From an uncultured Verrucomicrobiales bacterium (GTDB lineage: Bacteria > Verrucomicrobiota > Verrucomicrobiia > Verrucomicrobiales > Akkermansiaceae), in contig CBFGTW010000006.1 in the NCBI GenBank assembly GCA_965651855.1, forward strand, positions 716 through 64,715: a stretch of 64,000 bases of DNA. Reading direction: 5' to 3'. A program made the translations under genes and the position numbers. Within the stretch, counting starts at the first letter, position 1, and each line of letters starts with the position of its first letter. Positions 1 to 8,171 of this stretch are shown here, piece by piece. The notes below the pieces were generated by a model. The model had not been told where the DNA came from. It did not search any database and saw only the letters and a program-made list of their open reading frames with translations.

Positions 1-97
1 CGAAGGCAACCACGCCCGCCGCGGCGGCGAGGGTGAGCGGAACGAGAATCTTGGGCCCGGGCTTGCGCACGAGGGGAAGCGTGGAACGGCGTCGCGG

Positions 98-853
98 CTA
101 GTAAAGGACTTCCTGCAGGTAGAGCCCGTCCGCTGGCGCGCAAAGCGGCGACTTCCCGAGCGGCAGGCCCGGTGGTTGGTCGAGCAAGGCGGCGAGATCC
201 TCGATCCGCAGCCGGCCTTGGGCGACGTGGACGGCGGCGCCGGTGAGCAGGCGGACCATCTTGTAGAGGAAGCCGTCGCCGCGGAAGGTGATGCGGTAGC
301 CGTCCGGCAGCGTCTCGAGGTCGGCGGCGTGGATGGTGCGCGTCCATTCGGTGTCCGGCGTTTCGTTGCCCCGGTTCGCGGCGAAGGCCTGGAAATCGTG
401 TCGCCCGAGGAAAACCCGGAGCGCCTCGGCCAGCAGATCCGCATCGAGCAAACGCGGCAAATGCCAGGCGAGCCCCGCCTTCAGCGGCGGCAAAACCGGG
501 TCCGTGCAGATGTCGTAATGGTAGATTTTCCCCTTCGCGGAAAAGCGCGCGTGGAACTCCGCGGCGACCTCCTCGCAGCTCATGACGCGGATCGTCGCCG
601 GGAGCTTCGTATTCAGCGCCGGCACCCAGTTGAACGGGTTCATGGAAATCTCCAGCGGCGGATCGAAGTGCGCCGTCTGCCCGAGCGCATGCACGCCGGT
701 ATCGGTCCGCCCCGAGCCTTGGATGCGCACCGGCTTCTTCGCCACCTGCTCCATCGCCGCGTGGATGAAATCCTGCACCGTGTTCCCGCCAACCTGAGAC
801 TGCCAACCTTGGTAAGGCCGGCCGTCGTAGGCGATGGTGAGTTTCAGGCGCAC
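98..853 (-). CDS. truA: tRNA pseudouridine synthase A
   Basis: 251-aa ORF. N-terminus MRLKLTIAYDGRPYQGWQSQ and catalytic Asp motif GRTDTGVHALGQ are typical of the TruA family. Confidence 0.92.
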   Translation of the reverse strand: MRLKLTIAYDGRPYQGWQSQVGGNTVQDFIHAAMEQVAKKPVRIQGSGRTDTGVHALGQTAHFDPPLEISMNPFNWVPALNTKLPATIRVMSCEEVAAEFHARFSAKGKIYHYDICTDPVLPPLKAGLAWHLPRLLDADLLAEALRVFLGRHDFQAFAANRGNETPDTEWTRTIHAADLETLPDGYRITFRGDGFLYKMVRLLTGAAVHVAQGRLRIEDLAALLDQPPGLPLGKSPLCAPADGLYLQEVLY

Positions 854-863
854 GGGGAGGGAA

Positions 864-958
864 GTGATGAATTATGAGTTATGAATGATGAATTGAAGAG
901 GAGTCGCGAGAGAAAGCGGAAGCCGGGAATTCATCACTCATCATTTTGAACTCATCAC
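864..958. repeat. Low-GC imperfect palindrome built from ATGA(A/G)T words, lying between the ruvX stop and the truA start
   Basis: Left arm 864..894 (gtgatgaattatgagttatgaatgatgaatt). The reverse complement of right arm 928..958 matches it at 23 of 31 positions by hand alignment, with the outer 7 and inner 9 bp perfect. The right arm overlaps the ruvX stop codon at 955..957. Confidence 0.6.
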
Positions 959-1389
959 TCGCCGCCCATCCACTCGTTGAGGATTTCGACGGCGGCGGCT
1001 TGGTCGATGACGGACTTCTGGCGCTTGGCGTTGCGGCCGGCCTGGCGGAGCTTTTGGGAGGCGGCGGTGGTGGTGAGGGTTTCGTCGATGAAGACGAGCG
1101 GGATGTCGGGGAGGCGCTGGCGGAGTTTTTCCGCGAAGGCGCGGACCTTTTCCGCGGCGGTGCCTTCGGTGCCGTCCATCCGGACCGGCAGGCCGACGAC
1201 CAGCGTGCCGATCCCGCGCTGTGCGGCGAGCTGCGCGATGCGCTCGATGGGGTCGGCCCTGGCCACATCGATCGTTTCCACCGGATGGGCGAGAATGCCG
1301 AACTCGTCCGTCGCCGCGATGCCGATGCGAGCGTCGCCGTGGTCAATCCCGAGGGCGGGGTGGGGGGATTGGCTCGGGTCGGTTCTCAC
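955..1389 (-). CDS. ruvX: Holliday-junction resolvase-like nuclease RuvX/YqgF
   Basis: 144-aa ORF. The GIDHGDARIGIAATDE motif near the N-terminus and the overall length fit the YqgF/RuvX family. Confidence 0.85.
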   Translation of the reverse strand: MRTDPSQSPHPALGIDHGDARIGIAATDEFGILAHPVETIDVARADPIERIAQLAAQRGIGTLVVGLPVRMDGTEGTAAEKVRAFAEKLRQRLPDIPLVFIDETLTTTAASQKLRQAGRNAKRQKSVIDQAAAVEILNEWMGGE

Positions 1390-1447
1390 GACTGGTTGAA
1401 GAATTTAGCCGCTGATTGACGCAGACGATTGAAGAGATGTCTCTGGA

Positions 1448-1568
1448 AACCGCGAATGAACGCGAATGGCCGCTAATTCAGAGAATTGATAACTCGCCGC
1501 TGCTTCCTCCACGGATCAAATGAGACGATTATCGCAGATCATTGAAAATTCGCGTTCACTCGCGGTTC
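1448..1568. repeat. Low-GC palindromic intergenic element with CGCGAATGAA words, lying between the guanylyltransferase gene stop and the ruvX start
   Basis: Arm 1448..1467 is aaccgcgaatgaacgcgaat. The reverse complement of 1549..1568 is aaccgcgagtgaacgcgaat, a 19/20 match. The spacer is about 80 bp and AT-rich. Confidence 0.7.
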
Positions 1569-1593
1569 TTCCCTCTGTCCAACCTGCTCCAAT

Positions 1594-2676
1594 TCAAAGC
1601 AGTTCCGCCGGGAGGAGGTCGGAGAGTTTCTTGATGTCGTCGGCTTGGTGGCGGTTGGCGATGAGGAGGGCGTCGTCGGTCTGGACGACGATGAGGTCGT
1701 CGACGCCGAGCAGGGCGACGCGGGTGTTCTTGCGGGCGTTGAAGACGATGTTGTTCTCGGAATCGAGCTGGGAGATCGGCTCGTTCGCTTGGTTGTTCTG
1801 GCCGAGGTGCTCGAGGTATTTCGCGATGGAGACCCAGGAACCGACGTCGTCCCAATCGAAGGTGGCCTCGATGTTGAGGACGCGCTCCGCTTTTTCCATG
1901 AGGGCGTAGTCGATCGAGATCGGCGTGAGTTTCGGGAACTGGGCGGCGACGGTGGCGGGGAGGTCGCGGCTGCGGCGGAGTTCGGAAACGAAGTCGGCGA
2001 GCTGCGGCGCATGGGTGGCGAGCTGGCGGATGACGGTTGGCAGCGACCAGACGAACATCCCGGCGTTCCAGGAAAAGCCGCCTTGGCGGAGGAATTGCTC
2101 GGCCAGCTCCGGGTTTGGCTTTTCGCGGAAGCGCAGGACTTCGACCGGCGGGTGCTCGAGCGCCAGACCCGGCAGCGAGGCGCGGTCGCCGCGCTCGATG
2201 TAGCCGTACGACGGGCAGGCCCAAGTCGGGCGGATGCCGATGGTCACGAGGGCGTCGGCTTGGCCGGCGGCGGCGAGGGCGTCGCGCATGACGGCTTGGT
2301 AGGAGGCGGTGTCGCGGATGAGCTGGTCGGCCGGCAGGACCATCATCACGGCGTCGGGATTCCGCGCGGCGACGAGGCCGATGCCGAGCGCGACGGCCGG
2401 GGCGGTGTCGCGTTTCGCCGGCTCGGCGAAGATGTTTTCCGCGGGGAGCATCGACGCGACTTCGCGGACGGCGGCTTCCTGCTGGGCGTTGGTGAGAATG
2501 AGGATGTTCTCCAGGGGGACGAGGCCGTCGAGCCGGTGGATCGTTTGCTCGAGGAGCGTGCCGTCGCCGAAAAGGTCGAGGAGCTGCTTGGGCCGGGCGT
2601 TCCGGCTGAGCGGCCAGAAGCGGGTGCCGGACCCGCCGGCGAGGATGAGCGCGTAGGTGTTTTCCGGGGCAGGCAT
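1594..2676 (-). CDS. Mannose-1-phosphate guanylyltransferase (GDP-mannose pyrophosphorylase)
   Basis: Start re-placed at the ATG at 2676 (MPAPENTYALILAGGSGTRFWPLSR), which is the nucleotidyltransferase G-loop. The rest of the 360 aa is consistent with the ManC/CpsB N-terminal domain family. The ORF extension up to 3045 looks non-coding. Confidence 0.85.
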   Translation of the reverse strand: MPAPENTYALILAGGSGTRFWPLSRNARPKQLLDLFGDGTLLEQTIHRLDGLVPLENILILTNAQQEAAVREVASMLPAENIFAEPAKRDTAPAVALGIGLVAARNPDAVMMVLPADQLIRDTASYQAVMRDALAAAGQADALVTIGIRPTWACPSYGYIERGDRASLPGLALEHPPVEVLRFREKPNPELAEQFLRQGGFSWNAGMFVWSLPTVIRQLATHAPQLADFVSELRRSRDLPATVAAQFPKLTPISIDYALMEKAERVLNIEATFDWDDVGSWVSIAKYLEHLGQNNQANEPISQLDSENNIVFNARKNTRVALLGVDDLIVVQTDDALLIANRHQADDIKKLSDLLPAELL

Positions 2677-2779
2677 CGCGGCGGACCATAGACAAAGGCC
2701 CCGGCCGGGGAAGCGCGAATGCGTGGCAAATCGCTCGCCGCGCTTGTCGCCGCGAGCCTGAGCGGCTAGAGGTTTTCCC

Positions 2780-3106
2780 ATGGCTGACGAGCACTCCGTT
2801 CCCACCCCGGCATGGATCGAGACGACCGCGCTGACCGCACCTGCGTTGCTTGGTGCGGCGGCGGGCTTGCTGCTGGGCGACCTGATGCACCGCAATGCCC
2901 GGCGCGGCATCGGGATCGGTTTGGGGGCGGCCGGCGTGATGGCCTTGTTGCCCTTTGCCATCGGCGGCATCACCGGGCTCGTCAGCGGGCCACGCAGCCG
3001 GCTCGGCGTGCGGCGGAAGATCCAGCGCATCCGGGATGCGGGCATGCAGACCCGCGCGTACCCGGAGGACGTGGAAAGCCAGCTCCGCGAGCAGGGGCTG
3101 CTCTGA
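2780..3106 (+). CDS. Small membrane protein, unknown function
   Basis: 108-aa ORF with two Gly/Ala/Leu-rich hydrophobic segments (LTAPALLGAAAGLLLGDL and IGIGLGAAGVMALLPFAIGGITGLV). It lies directly upstream of the exosortase gene. No family recognised. Confidence 0.5.
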   Translation: MADEHSVPTPAWIETTALTAPALLGAAAGLLLGDLMHRNARRGIGIGLGAAGVMALLPFAIGGITGLVSGPRSRLGVRRKIQRIRDAGMQTRAYPEDVESQLREQGLL

Positions 3107-3179
3107 GCGCGCGGATATTCCGCTTTCCGCGCCGGGCCGCATTCGATTCACTGCCGGGGTCTTCGTCCTCCCTCCGGTC

Positions 3180-4064
3180 GTGAAGCAGCCCGTCGTCCAT
3201 CCGGCGGTGCCCCTCGCGGCGATCGCCGCCTTGTGGGTGCCGGTATATCTGGCCGCCGCGTACGCGTGGCGGAACGGCGACTACTACGACTACGGCTGGT
3301 TCGTGCCGCCGGCCGGGCTGCTGCTGCTCGCGCGGCGCTGGCGGGAAACTCGGGAGCCCTTCGTCCCGCCGCCGGCGAAGTGGCTGATGGCGGCTGTCGC
3401 GCTGCTTTTTCCGGTCTTCCTCGTCCTGCGCGTGCTGAGCTACGCCGATCCGTCGTGGCGCTTGCCGATGGTCCTGCTCGGGCTGACGGCCGCCGGCGCG
3501 ACGCACGTCTTCATCGGTGCCACCCGCGGCTGGAAAACCTCGGCCAGATTCGGGATCGTCACCTTGTTTCTCCTATCCGCCGTGCCGTGGCCTTCGGTGG
3601 CGGAACAGCAGATCGTCCGCACCCTCACTGCCGGGGTGGTCGCCACGGTGGCGGAGGTTTTCCAACTTGTCGGCAAGCCGGTCGAGGTGCTCGGCGACCG
3701 GCTGCGGCTCCACGACCAGACGGTCGAGGTGACCGATGGCTGCAGCGGCGTGCGCTCGTTCCAAAGCTTTCTGATGGCGACGTGGTTTTTCGCCGAACTC
3801 CAGCGCCTCCGCTGGCGGCAGACGCTGCTGCTGCTCGGCTGCGCCTGCGGCCTTGCCTTTGTTGTGAATGCCGGCCGCACCTATGCGCTCGCCCACATCC
3901 GCTTCACCCGCGGCGAGGCGGCCTTCGACCAAGCGCACGACACGCTCGGGCTGCTCGCCTTTGCCGTCACCGCCGTGCTTTTCTACCTCATCTCCGGCTT
4001 GCTCTCGCCCGACCGCCCCCGCCGTACCGTCCGCATCCGCAGGGCCGCCGCCACCTCCGCCTGA
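3180..4064 (+). CDS. Exosortase (PEP-CTERM protein-sorting transpeptidase family)
   Basis: Polytopic membrane ORF carrying the exosortase signature residues: Cys motif VEVTDGCSGVRSF, Arg motif VVNAGRTYAL and His in FDQAHDTLG. PEP-CTERM substrates occur elsewhere in the window. The start is uncertain: GTG at 3180 was chosen, while the listed ORF opens at 2955 and would overlap the upstream gene. Confidence 0.8.
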   Translation: MKQPVVHPAVPLAAIAALWVPVYLAAAYAWRNGDYYDYGWFVPPAGLLLLARRWRETREPFVPPPAKWLMAAVALLFPVFLVLRVLSYADPSWRLPMVLLGLTAAGATHVFIGATRGWKTSARFGIVTLFLLSAVPWPSVAEQQIVRTLTAGVVATVAEVFQLVGKPVEVLGDRLRLHDQTVEVTDGCSGVRSFQSFLMATWFFAELQRLRWRQTLLLLGCACGLAFVVNAGRTYALAHIRFTRGEAAFDQAHDTLGLLAFAVTAVLFYLISGLLSPDRPRRTVRIRRAAATSA

Positions 4065-4075
4065 TTCCGCCAGCC

Positions 4076-5812
4076 ATGAAATCCCGCCTCGACCGCCTCT
4101 GGGACCGCTGGGCGAACCTGCACCCGTTTCTCCGCTTCGCTGTGATCGCGGCCGGCCTCGCGCTGGTGGCGTTCGCCGCCGTGAAGCCGGGCTACCGCGC
4201 CTTCAAGAAGTGGCGGCTCGAGCGGAATCTCGCCGCCGCCAAGGAGGCCGTGGAAGCGGTCCGCATGGATGCCGCTCGCGATTTTTCGCTGACCGTGCTC
4301 CGCGCCGGCGACCCGCGCATCGAGGCCTTCCGCATCCTGGAAACCGCGATGGGCTCGCTCCGCGATCCGCGCCACCCGGACATCGCGCGCGCCTTGATGG
4401 CCCACCCGGAAGGCTCGGCGGACGACCGCCTGAACGGCTTCCGCGGCGTGGCTCCGTCGCTGCCGATGGGCGTGGTCGCGCAGTGCTGGGCCAGCCTGCC
4501 GGAGGCGGACCAGCGCGACCCGCGCTTCGCCGTGGCGCTGGCCGACCGCTTGATCGCGGAAAGCCGGCTCACCGAGGCCGCCTCCTTGCTCGTCGGGATC
4601 GAGCCGCCTGACGAGGCGGTGCGCCAGCGGCTCGTCCGCCTGCTCGTCGCCAGCGGCTCGGCCGAGGCGCTCGATGAAGCGCAGAAACGCCTCGCCGTGG
4701 AATGGCCCGCCGAGGCCGCACCCGGGGAATGGCTCGACATTCTCGCGTCGATCCCGCCCGCCTCGCTGCGCTCCGAGCGGCTCGCTCCGGTCGCGCGGGC
4801 GCTTGCGAAGCATGCCGGTGAAGCGCCGGCTGCCCTGGCCTTGGCGCGGATTTCCTACAGCGCGGACTTCGCGGCCCGGGCGCGGATTCTCGATGAAGCG
4901 GTCGGAAAATGGCGCGACGTCGCCCCCCTCGAAGTCGCCCGGTTCCTGCGCGACCTCGGGCTCGACCGGCGGCTGCGCGAGGTTTTTCCCGCCGGGGCGG
5001 TCGAGGCCGAGCCGGCATTGCTCCCGCTGCTCGCGGACGCCTGCGAGCGCGGCGAGGCGTGGGACGAGCTGGCCGCGCTGCTCGATGCCGAGGGCCAGCG
5101 CCTCCCGGTCTGGGAACAGAACGCCCGGCGGGCGCTGGTCGCCCACCGCACCGGAAACGCGCCGAAGTTCAACGAAGCCTGGTCCGCCGCGCTCGAGGAC
5201 GCGAAGTCGAGCGCCTCGCCCGAGGCCTGCCTCGCGCTCCACCGCTACGCCGCCCGCCACGGCCTCGCGGCGGAAGCGGACCGGGCGATGGTCGAGGCTG
5301 TCCGCCGCGGCCGGGGCCCGCTGCCGCTCTACGCCGACCTCAAGCCGCTGCTCGTCTCGCTCGCGCGCCAGAACCGCGAGCACGAGTTGATCCAGATCTG
5401 CGCGATCTATCTCCACTTCGAGCCGGGGAATCCGGTGCTGCTCACGCAATACGCTTATCTCGCCTGCCTCAACGACCTCGCCGCGCCGGACGTGCTGCTC
5501 AAGGCGGTCGCCCCGCTTGCCGAGGCCTATCCGGAAATCGCGCCGATCCAGTGCGTGCTCGCCACCCTCCAGCTCGCGGCCGGCTCGCCCGCGGTCGCCG
5601 CCGAGGTTCTCGACCGGCTGGACATCGATCCCGATGCGCTCGCGCCGGGCTACCGCGCCACGTGGTTTGTCACCCAAGCCCTGGCCGGCCGGATGACGCC
5701 CGACGACCCGCGGCTGCGGAATTTCCCGTGGAACGAACTCCTGCCGTCCGAGCGGCGGAAGTTCCGCAGTTTTCTCAAGCTGCCCGAGCCCGCTGAAACC
5801 AGCGGCCGCTGA
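4076..5812 (+). CDS. Membrane-anchored helical-repeat (TPR-like) protein, exosortase-adjacent
   Basis: The ATG at 4076 lies 9 nt after the exosortase stop and is in frame with listed ORF 3233..5812. It has an N-terminal TM helix (FLRFAVIAAGLALVAFAAV) followed by about 540 aa of Ala/Leu/Arg-rich helical sequence. No specific family recognised. Confidence 0.6.
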   Translation: MKSRLDRLWDRWANLHPFLRFAVIAAGLALVAFAAVKPGYRAFKKWRLERNLAAAKEAVEAVRMDAARDFSLTVLRAGDPRIEAFRILETAMGSLRDPRHPDIARALMAHPEGSADDRLNGFRGVAPSLPMGVVAQCWASLPEADQRDPRFAVALADRLIAESRLTEAASLLVGIEPPDEAVRQRLVRLLVASGSAEALDEAQKRLAVEWPAEAAPGEWLDILASIPPASLRSERLAPVARALAKHAGEAPAALALARISYSADFAARARILDEAVGKWRDVAPLEVARFLRDLGLDRRLREVFPAGAVEAEPALLPLLADACERGEAWDELAALLDAEGQRLPVWEQNARRALVAHRTGNAPKFNEAWSAALEDAKSSASPEACLALHRYAARHGLAAEADRAMVEAVRRGRGPLPLYADLKPLLVSLARQNREHELIQICAIYLHFEPGNPVLLTQYAYLACLNDLAAPDVLLKAVAPLAEAYPEIAPIQCVLATLQLAAGSPAVAAEVLDRLDIDPDALAPGYRATWFVTQALAGRMTPDDPRLRNFPWNELLPSERRKFRSFLKLPEPAETSGR

Positions 5813-5968
5813 AAAAAGCAGTGCTGCCAGGGAATCCGCGGCAAGTCCGGACAAACTACCGTTGCTCCGATCAAGGCCTGGCGGGGTTCGCTTGCCGAAC
5901 CTCCACGGCCCCTGACAGCGCGGGAAGAAAAGCCGAGCCCGCCCGGCCCTGCAACGCCTTTTTCCGCG

Positions 5969-6373
5969 TCAGGCGAACCACTCCGGCAACGGCGCGGTCA
6001 CCGGCAAGCCGTCGATGCCGTGGAAATGCGCGTCCGACGTGAGGACCGCGGCGCCGAGGCGGAGGGCGCTCGCGGCGATGACGATGTCGCTGCCGGGGAG
6101 GGTCCGGCCGCGGCGGTCGAGCGACCACGCGAGGTCCGCCGCATCGTTCCACAGGCGGGCGTCGCTCGGCACGTTCACCAGCACGTCCATGAAGCCGGAG
6201 AGCGCCCGGCGGAGCTTGAGCGACTTGATGCCGCGCAGCACCTCGAGGCGGATCATCCCGCAGATCGCCAGGTCGCGCGCGCCGGCCCAATCGCCAAGCA
6301 CGCGCGCCGGGTCGCGCCCGGCGCGCAGCAGGTCGATGTAGATTTTGCTGTCGACCAGGATGTCACTTGCCAT
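5969..6373 (-). CDS. vapC: PIN-domain ribonuclease toxin VapC
   Basis: 134 aa. N-terminal ILVDSKIYIDLL (first acidic residue) and C-terminal AAVLTSDAHF are typical of PIN/VapC. It overlaps the upstream antitoxin gene by 11 nt. Confidence 0.8.
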   Translation of the reverse strand: MASDILVDSKIYIDLLRAGRDPARVLGDWAGARDLAICGMIRLEVLRGIKSLKLRRALSGFMDVLVNVPSDARLWNDAADLAWSLDRRGRTLPGSDIVIAASALRLGAAVLTSDAHFHGIDGLPVTAPLPEWFA

Positions 6374-6605
6374 ATCTCTTCGGCTCTTCGGCGACGCGCA
6401 TGGCCAGCGTGTCGTAGCCCGGCTCGACGCCTGCAGCCAATTCGTCCGGGGTCAGGCCCAGGCCGTTCTTCACGTACTCGCGGTAGTGTGCCTTGCGGTC
6501 CATTTCCCGCAGGGCCATTTCCACCGCCTCGGTCTTGCTGGCGCAGCCGTAGCTGTCGATGACGCGGTCCAGCAGGACCTCGTCAATGTGCATCGTCATT
6601 TTCAT
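6363..6605 (-). CDS. vapB: Type II antitoxin VapB (DUF2191-like)
   Basis: MKMTMHIDEVLLDRVIDSYGCASKTEAVEMALREM matches the VapB_antitoxin pattern (T-L-D-I-D-x-x-L-L ... T-K-T-E-A-V-x-x-A-L-R-E). The start could be any of the Met codons between 6593 and 6641. Confidence 0.7.
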   Translation of the reverse strand: MKMTMHIDEVLLDRVIDSYGCASKTEAVEMALREMDRKAHYREYVKNGLGLTPDELAAGVEPGYDTLAMRVAEEPKRYGK

Positions 6606-6650
6606 GCCATACCCAATATGGCACATATCTCCCGCTTGCAAGCCGCTTTT

Positions 6651-7217
6651 TCAGCCGAGCAAAGTGCTGCGGGTGAAAAGCGGGATCACGTGGATGCCGC
6701 GGGCCTCGATGGCCTGGCGGCCGCCTTCCTCGCGATCCACCAGCACGATGGCGAAGGCGACCTTGCCGCCCTCGCGCTCGATGGCGTCGATCGCCTTGAG
6801 CGTCGAGCCGCCGGTGGTGATCACGTCGTCCACGACCACCACGGTGTCGCCGGAGTGGAAGTTGCCTTCGATCTGTTTGCCTTGGCCGTGGCCTTTCGGC
6901 TCCTTGCGGACGGTGAAGACTTGCAGCGCCTCGTGCGGATGTTGCATCGCGGAAGTCATGCCGATCGCCAGCGAAATGGGGTCCGCTCCGAGCGTCATGC
7001 CGCCGATGGCGTCGATCTTGAGGTGCTCGGAGTGGATCTTCGAGCGCACCGCGTGCCAGCCGAGTTCGCCGATGAGCCGGGCGCCGAAGGGGTCGAGCGC
7101 GGTGACGCGGCAGTCGATGTAGAGGTCGCTTTGTTTTCCGGAGGCGAGCGTGAAGGATCCGGTGCGGACGGATTTCTTCAGGAGCAGGGATTTCAGGTCG
7201 GCGGCGGCTTTCTGCAT
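6651..7217 (-). CDS. pyrE: Orotate phosphoribosyltransferase
   Basis: Start re-placed at the ATG at 7217 (MQKAAADLKSLLLKKSVRTGSFTLASGKQSDLYIDCR). PRPP-binding motif VVVVDDVITTGGST is present. The ORF extension up to 7601 is Arg/Pro-rich and looks like an artefact. Confidence 0.9.
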   Translation of the reverse strand: MQKAAADLKSLLLKKSVRTGSFTLASGKQSDLYIDCRVTALDPFGARLIGELGWHAVRSKIHSEHLKIDAIGGMTLGADPISLAIGMTSAMQHPHEALQVFTVRKEPKGHGQGKQIEGNFHSGDTVVVVDDVITTGGSTLKAIDAIEREGGKVAFAIVLVDREEGGRQAIEARGIHVIPLFTRSTLLG

Positions 7218-7252
7218 GGCGCGATGATCGGAACCGCCGGCGCGGCGCGCAA

Positions 7253-8170
7253 TCAGAAGTTCCCGGACTTCAGCGCCACCTCGCTCGCCCCGGCGTGGAG
7301 CGCCATCTGCCGTGCGGCGTCCGGAGCGGCGACGCAGCAGGCGGTGGCGAGGGCGTCGCTGAGTGTGGCGGTGGGGGCGGTGACCCGGGCGGAAACGCCG
7401 CGCGTGAGGCCGAGGCCGGTGGCGGGATCGATGATGTGCGAGTAGCGCGTGCCGGCGATCTCGATGAACTGGTGGAGGTCGCCCGAGGTGGAGACCGCGG
7501 CGTTGGCGAGTTCGATGACGTCCTCTCCCGCGCCGATCTTCCAGGCCGCGGCATCCGGCGGCGGGCCACCGGCGCGGACGTCGCCCCCGGCGGTGATGCA
7601 AGTACGAGGCAGGCCGTACTTGTGGAACACGTCGAGCATCGCGTCCGCGGCTTGGCCTTTGGCGATGCCGCCGAGGTCGAGGCGCATTCCCGGCACGAGC
7701 AGCGTGGCCGTGCGGTCCGCGAGCCGGAGGTTTTCCCAGCCACAGGCGGCGCGGGCTTCCGCGAGGGTCGCCGCGTTCGGTAGCCGGCCGCGGCGGCGGG
7801 ATTCGCGCCAGAGTTTTGTCAGCGGGCCGAGCGTGGGATCGAACAAGCCGCGGGTTTTCTCCGCGAGCGCGATCGCCTCCGAGAGCAGTCGGAACAACAG
7901 CGGGGAAAGCTCCACCGGCTCGCCCGTCGGCGCGCGGGAAAGGCGGAGGATTTCCGAGTCCGCGATGTAGTCGGAGGCCACGGCATTGATTTCATCGGCG
8001 GCTTCGAAGGCGACACGGGCGGCTTCGGTGGCGGCGGCCTTTTCGCCGTGGCAGACGATCGAGAACCGCGTGCCCATCAGCGGGCGCTCGAAGGCGTGCC
8101 GTTCCGCGGCACCGGCGCGGACCGGCAGGAGGGACGCGCCGAGCAACAGCAGCGTGCGGCGGCGGGTCAT
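7253..8170 (-). CDS. apbE: FAD:protein FMN transferase ApbE
   Basis: 305 aa with a signal peptide. Motifs LMGTRFSI, LDLGGIAKGQAAD, GGDVRAGG and YSHIIDPATGLG are typical of ApbE. Confidence 0.88.
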   Translation of the reverse strand: MTRRRTLLLLGASLLPVRAGAAERHAFERPLMGTRFSIVCHGEKAAATEAARVAFEAADEINAVASDYIADSEILRLSRAPTGEPVELSPLLFRLLSEAIALAEKTRGLFDPTLGPLTKLWRESRRRGRLPNAATLAEARAACGWENLRLADRTATLLVPGMRLDLGGIAKGQAADAMLDVFHKYGLPRTCITAGGDVRAGGPPPDAAAWKIGAGEDVIELANAAVSTSGDLHQFIEIAGTRYSHIIDPATGLGLTRGVSARVTAPTATLSDALATACCVAAPDAARQMALHAGASEVALKSGNF

Positions 8171-8171
8171 T

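Noticed and set aside
1-70. Possible 5' end of a minus-strand gene at the window edge. A GTG at 70 reads VRKPGPKILVPLTLAAAAGVVAF..., which is a signal- or TM-like N-terminus.
   Set aside because: Only about 23 codons are visible, with no recognisable ribosome-binding site and no family information. This is too little evidence to call a feature.
3233-4075. The N-terminal 281 codons of listed ORF 3233..5812, which would make an 859-aa protein overlapping the exosortase. Similar upstream extensions exist for ORFs 1594..3045, 6651..7601, 21829..26736, 38169..40319, 43732..47013, 53357..55192, 54748..56562 and 54805..56508.
   Set aside because: The extensions are low-complexity and Arg-rich, and they overlap well-supported neighbouring genes. 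Internal ATG codons give proper signal peptides or family N-termini, often with ATGA coupling to the upstream gene.
5813-5968. A 156-bp intergenic region between the exosortase-adjacent gene and vapC, examined for a small RNA, a riboswitch or a terminator.
   Set aside because: Only weak, short complementarities were found and there was no conserved motif I recognise. Nothing could be supported beyond noting that convergent gene ends meet here.
5969-6641. vapBC considered as a marker of a defence island or mobile region.
   Set aside because: It is a single, ordinary type II toxin-antitoxin pair flanked by housekeeping genes (pyrE, apbE) and the exosortase locus. There are no integrase, repeat or compositional-break signals around it.
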